The notes below the pieces were generated by a model. That model was given only the letters and a program-made list of their open reading frames with translations, had not been told where the DNA came from and did no database searches. Made by a program: the position numbers and the translations under genes. A DNA stretch of 62,926 nucleotides, the filler included, from Lenisia limosa (taxonomy: Eukaryota; Protista; Breviatea), in assembly GCA_001655205.1 (NCBI GenBank). It is 10 parts of 10 records of this genome, joined end to end, with 100 filler letters (N's around TTAATTAATTAA, not from the genome) between each part and the next. Parts side by side here need not be neighbours in the genome. Positions count along the whole stretch, not along the records: positions 54,048 to 59,560 come from LPNZ01005775.1; positions 59,661 to 62,926 come from LPNZ01002943.1; 8 more parts are not named here. One strand, written 5' to 3'. Below, in pieces: positions 58,501 to 62,926 of the stretch. Every line of letters starts with the position of its first letter. Position 1 is the first letter of the stretch.

Positions 58501-59516
58501 TGGGGTATGTATGGGGGTATGTATATATATTGACAAGCAATAATTTTCCAATTGTACGAGATGGGATGCGGTGCGAAGCGACTGGCTTGGGCTTTGTTCG
58601 TTTTGTTGTTATCAACCCTTGTGTGTCGTCAACGAACAGAGTTGATTTGGTCTTTTTTGTTTCATAAATTTTCCAATTTTACTTTCCAATTTTACTCCCC
58701 CAGACCAATATGGACGACACGCGTTCCCTCGAAAACCACCTTATGGAGCTTATCGGCGTTGAGGCTTTCGACCTTATCAAATTGCTGCTTCACAACAACA
58801 AAAAGGGTGGGGATAAATATATTCCTAGTTTTTTTTTTTTTTTTTTCCCCTCGTTTGATGTCAATTTGTGTTTATATATTTTTGCTTATCAATCCTCATC
58901 CCTGCAGTTGCTTGGATCACTCGGATCCAGCAGGCTCAGAGCGAGGAGGACAAGAAGGAGGTCAAACTGGTGGGCAAGGGGTGAGATTCCCTCGTGGGAA
59001 GAAAAAAGAAAATCCTTCTTTTGCGAACTTTTTTTTTTTTTTTTTTTTTNNNNNNNNNNNNNNNNNNNNNNNNNNNNNNNNNNNNNNNNNNNNNNNNNNN
59101 NNNNNNNNNNNNNNNNNNNNNNNNNNNNNNNNNNNNNNNNNNNTTTATGGTAATACCTTCCATTTTGGTAACTTTTTTCGATTCCTCTTCCGTTGACCCT
59201 CCAGGAAATGACCGAGAGCGAAGAAGGACGTATGGTGCTCGAGGAGTACGAGACTGGAAAGAAGGTTCTGAAGAAGAAGACTGTCAAGGCTGTCAAGTCT
59301 GTTGCCCAGGATGAGCAAGGTTTGCCGGCGGTCTTCTTTTTGTTGACCTTTTTTTATTCTCATAAATTTTCCAAAATACTTACGCCAATAGGAGGCGTCA
59401 ACGCAAGCACGATGGACATTGAAACGATGACCTTCCTCCACGGTGGTCACACAATGACCAACAAGCGCTGCATTTTGCCTGATAAGTCTTTCAGAACCTC
59501 CGAGAAGTCTTATGAG
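55536..59516 (+). CDS. SNRNP200: U5 snRNP 200 kDa helicase Brr2, N-terminal exons (helicase cassettes beyond scaffold end)
   Basis: EPTGEAESL...RMGDR...YKPKTRDTR|AAYEVLL.FVQ..IGDCPRDVL..|SDEVLAILK....RD.ERQK...LVNIGKQITDF...GVSVVFDDED...RDIDAFWIQR...SLENHL..L.G...FDLIK.L...GGHTMTNKRC.LPD.SFR...K.YE. Matches the human SNRNP200 N-terminal region in order. Confidence 0.95.
57247..57337. mobile_element. MITE family A in BRR2 intron
   Basis: TSD ACGGTGTG / ATGGTGTG. Confidence 0.9.
57637..57805. mobile_element. MITE family A (57637-57735) with an abutting partial second copy (57744-57805)
   Basis: Perfect TSD GGTATACG; the next copy starts immediately after the TSD. Confidence 0.85.
58280..58373. 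mobile_element. MITE family A in BRR2 intron
   Basis: TAGGGCTCCACTTCGATTCG...CGAACCGAAGTAAAG. Confidence 0.85.
58540..58703 (+). repeat. Family B full copy ending at a BRR2 acceptor
   Basis: GATGGGATGCGGTGCGAAG...AACAGAGTTGATTTGG...TTTCATAAATTTTCCAATTTTAC(TTTCCAATTTTAC)TCCCCCAG|ACC. Confidence 0.9.
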
Positions 59517-60082
59517 GTTCGCCATTTTGGATCTTTTTTTTTCCATAAAATTTTCCTTTTNNNNNNNNNNNNNNNNNNNNNNNNNNNNNNNNNNNNNNNN
59601 NNNNTTAATTAATTAANNNNNNNNNNNNNNNNNNNNNNNNNNNNNNNNNNNNNNNNNNNNGGGAGAAGAATAATAGTGGAGTAAGGTGCTACTCAGGGGG
59701 GAAAGGAGAAAGCAAAAATGCACCAAAAAAAAACAAAAAAAAACAACACTATTGCGGGAGGTAGGAGTAAAATGAAGGGGTTTTTTTTTTTGAATATTTG
59801 AGCCTTTTATCATGTACCAAACGAGGTACGCCACATTTAGGAAAAAAGGGAAAGCAAAATTGAGAAGTTGAATCGAAATAATGAAACAAGTTTATTGGCT
59901 ATATGCATATTTTAGAAAGAAGAAAGAAAAAACGTAACTGAATAAGGTCAACAAACAATAACAACAAAAAAAAAATGTGCAGGGAAAGAAAGCATGATAT
60001 GAAACCGATAGTAAATATCAGATAAACAAGATTTGCTTCAGTGTTGGAAAAGCTCAAGTGAACGAGAAGCTTCACCCCATAC

Positions 60083-60476
60083 TCCATAAAACATGAGAAG
60101 CTGATGTTGTGGAGAGGGCCTTTGACTCAAGGCTGCCGGGGCCTCTTCCAGCGCAGCAATGCGTGCTGGCCATCTTGGGAACCCCTAGTTGATAAGTGTG
60201 AGAACGAAGAAGAAAAAAAAAAAAGAACAATGCCTGAAACAATTTAGAAAAAGAAAGGGGGAGTTATGATTGGGTGTAGTGATAAGTGAAAGTAAATATG
60301 CTCTAATCACAGAAAAGCAACTCATAAAGTTCACAGAGCTTGGAGATCAGTATCAGCCCAATCATATTTCCTCACAGCAATAAAGGTAGTTCACCAAACA
60401 ACGCCCACACATCCCTGCTGACCTTTACTTTACCTCCGACCCTTGTATTGACTGGAAGGAGACTGGCTTCGCCCAT
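60083..60476 (-). CDS. PWWP-domain protein, first two exons
   Basis: Exons 60476-60423 and 60184-60083 give MGEASLLPVNTRVGGKVK|GFPRWPARIAALEEAPAALSQRPSPQHQLLMF, fitting the AK-x-KG(Y/F)PWWPA-x-I motif. Confidence 0.7.
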
Positions 60477-60848
60477 TGTAATACTACAAATATGAAGAGG
60501 AGAAAGGGTGAAACCAATGATTTAAGATAAAATTCATGATGGAATGTTTTTCATGATCACTTTGTAGTCAACTTTCCTTATTCTTGTGGGAACCAACCAA
60601 GTGAAAGTGTCAAAAAGCACCAACCTTTTTAGTAAAAGATTTTCTGATTTTGCACTTGAGATTCAATTAGAAATCAACCTGGCGTTATAAAAACAGCTGA
60701 ATTAAAAAGGGAAAAAAGATCGTCAGTTGTAAAAAATATCAAATAAAGTATCTAATTTCGTACAATTCTGAACTGAACTGAACTGAACTATTTCCTTTTT
60801 ACCAATGATATTTTTTTTGTTTTATCCTTTTTTTACTGGGATTTCACG

Positions 60849-61410
60849 ATGTCACAAGTGACGCTCCGGTTCCGCAAACAAATGACCAACCGCGTGCTCC
60901 AGCGCAAGCAGATGGTGAGCACAGTTACCTTTTATTTACTGATGTTATCTGCTTCTGGGTCCCTTACGTCTCTAGGTCCTTGACGTTATCCACCCTGGAA
61001 TGGCTGGTGTCTCCAAGGCTGACCTTCGTAAGAAGATCGCTGACCTCCACAAGGTTCAGGATGAGGCCCGTATTGTTCTCTTCGGCTTCCGTTACCAATT
61101 CGGTGGTGGAAAGACTTCCGGATTCTGCCTTATCTACGACGATGTTGAGGCTAAGAACAAGTACACCCCCAAGCATCTCCTTGTCCGTGTATGCTGGGTT
61201 ATTGCTGTTTTTGTTTCATAATTTTGACGTTTTAAGATTGAGGTGGATACCTTTTCCAGGACTCTCTTTCATTTTTTTTAGCATGGTGACGCCACTGCTA
61301 CCACCAGACCCGCTCGTGCCCAGCGTAAGACCAAGAAGAACCGCGACAAGACCTTCCGTGGTACTCTTGCTAAGAAGAACAAGAAGACCAAGAAGCGCCA
61401 GAAGAACTAA
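60849..61410 (+). CDS. RPS24: 40S ribosomal protein S24 (eS24), complete, 135 aa
   Basis: Exons 60849-60914, 60976-61188 and 61282-61410 (408 nt): MSQVTLRFRKQMTNRVLQRKQM|VLDVIHPG...FGFRYQFGGGKTSGFCLIYDD...PKHLLVR|HG...*. Confidence 0.96.
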
Positions 61411-61780
61411 GCTTCTTTGGTGTTTGATTAGCACTACTTTACATTTGATGTACGATTTGGTTTTACGTCAGAAGGTGAAGGTTCTATCACTCTTGTCATA
61501 CATCTCGTGATTATTCACTCTTTATATAATTACTTATCCTCCTTAGTGCCTTTTTTATCGTTGTATTGTTTTTTTTATAATGACAGTGATCAGAGTCGCT
61601 TTTTTAGTGAATGAGGGGGCCTAGCCATGTAGTAGTGTATTGGAAACAAGCGCAGCCTCTTCTCATCAGGTCATCCAAGTTAAGCAAGATCTCAGATCGC
61701 AGGACAGTTTTCAATGATTTTTTTCCAAACTCTCCCTCTCAGCTCCCTCTTGCCTTCTCTTAATTAGAGTATCAGAAAGT

Positions 61781-62478
61781 ATGGCCGGAATCAATAGACA
61801 AAAACCCAAACTCAAAGCTGAAGACTTACCCTCCCCCATCCGCTCAGCAGCATATAAAAAGTCTAAAGATGGGTGTGATTCCAATCTCCTTATCCTTCTC
61901 CATGGTATGGGAGATACAAGACATCCTTTCGTTGCACTTGGCAAGAAAATGGCGCTGCCCCAAACAGTATGCAAGGATCACGATGTTTGTAATATGTTGT
62001 TGAAATGAGAACTAAAAATGAGTTGTACTAAATCGATGTATATCATATGTTTACACTGATTTTTCAAGAGATAAAAATATCACAAATAATTGTATCTTGT
62101 GCAAAAGCAGATTAATAAAATAGAGATTCAAATAAATCTCCACAAACTCCTTATTGGACAGGCAGTTCTGTCAATAGAAGGTCCTCATGCAGTGCATGAA
62201 CTTGTTCCCGAAGCCAAGTCCTGCTGGTTTAAAACAATTGACGAGAAGGGCGAAGGTAAATGGGTAATGATGGATTTGAATTGGACTTTCTTGGCTTTGT
62301 TGAGAACGTCAAACTGACAGTGGTGACAACGTATAAGTTGAGTATATCCTCATACTCGTACCATGTTATAAGGCTTCAATGATCATCACACACTAGGGTT
62401 GGATATCCGCAAGCAGATGCACGGCTTACAGACAACTGCGGCGCTATTATGCACTCTTATTGAAACGATGACAGGACC
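61781..62478 (+). CDS. Phospholipase/carboxylesterase (alpha/beta hydrolase), 5' exons; continues past window end
   Basis: Exons 61781-61966, 62162-62255 and ~62394-62478: NLLILLHGMGDTRHPFVALGKKMALPQT|AVLSIEGP...CWF. The LLHG-x-GD oxyanion motif is present. Confidence 0.75.
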
Positions 62479-62926
62479 AAAGTGAGCCAATATTGCCAAT
62501 TTATTTTTTGCAAACGTGGCATATTTTATATAAATGTGCTGTAATTTCAAGAATTTAGATATTTCAAAAACAAAGTATCGAAAAATATATGATATGTCAG
62601 ATTTTTTTTTTACATTTTTCATTTCCCTAACTTTTTTTACAGGTACGTTTGGGTGATCGAGCGGTGGTGGGAGTCTTCAAAGGCTGGCTCGGGCTTGTTT
62701 TTGTGTTTTGTGTTTTTATCATCTGGCTTTTTTCTGGTTTTAGTGTTGGCTCGTGGTTGTTATTGCTTGTTTTTTGTTTGGAGTTTCTTATTCGCTTCGT
62801 GATTCTTTTCGCCAATATTCTTCATCTACATTTCCTTCGTTTAACTCCCCCTCCCCCCACCACCACCAACTCACAGTGTAGATATGGGTGGGAGCCCCAA
62901 AACATCTTCCTGTTGGGATTTTCACA

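Noticed and set aside
20424-59516. Functional clustering of RNA-processing genes (RTCB, BRR2, RPS24) in one window
   Set aside because: They lie on different scaffolds separated by artificial spacers, so proximity is meaningless.
666-59612. Long ORFs containing runs of X in the supplied track
   Set aside because: They are open only because N gaps contain no stops.
5662-59616. Recurrent TTAATTAATTAA palindrome as a biological motif
   Set aside because: Always centred in exactly 44+44 Ns; it is an assembly or concatenation linker.
60768-60790. (CTGAA)n tract upstream of RPS24 as a promoter element
   Set aside because: The same microsatellite occurs inside an intron at ~43760; no evidence of function.

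Overview
Eukaryotic nuclear DNA from an AT-rich, intron-rich genome, probably a protist (taxon not identifiable from the sequence alone). It uses the standard code and GT-AG spliceosomal introns. The window is not one locus: nine artificial N44-TTAATTAATTAA-N44 spacers join ten unrelated scaffolds, and there are many ordinary N gaps, usually next to G or C runs. The supplied ORF track is therefore mostly uninformative. Manual splicing recovers these genes, several of them partial: an Iks1-type kinase, RTCB, a KMT2C/D-like tandem PHD cluster, oligopeptidase B, an ankyrin+PH protein, a NUDT6-like Nudix hydrolase, PIGS, a cyclin-J-like cyclin, BRR2/SNRNP200, a PWWP protein, RPS24 and a carboxylesterase. 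Introns hold at least five short repeat families. A is a ~100-bp hAT-type MITE with 8-bp TSDs (>20 copies). E is a related hAT-type MITE. D is a Tc1/mariner-type MITE flanked by TA. B and C lack TIRs. The most unusual signal is that the end of family B is tied to splice sites. It lies sense just before AG acceptors, and its reverse complement lies just after GT donors, which is an introner-like arrangement. Short degenerate duplications of splice sites and exons also recur. All gene names come from recalled sequence similarity, not database searches; exon boundaries were read by hand and some may be off by a few bases.
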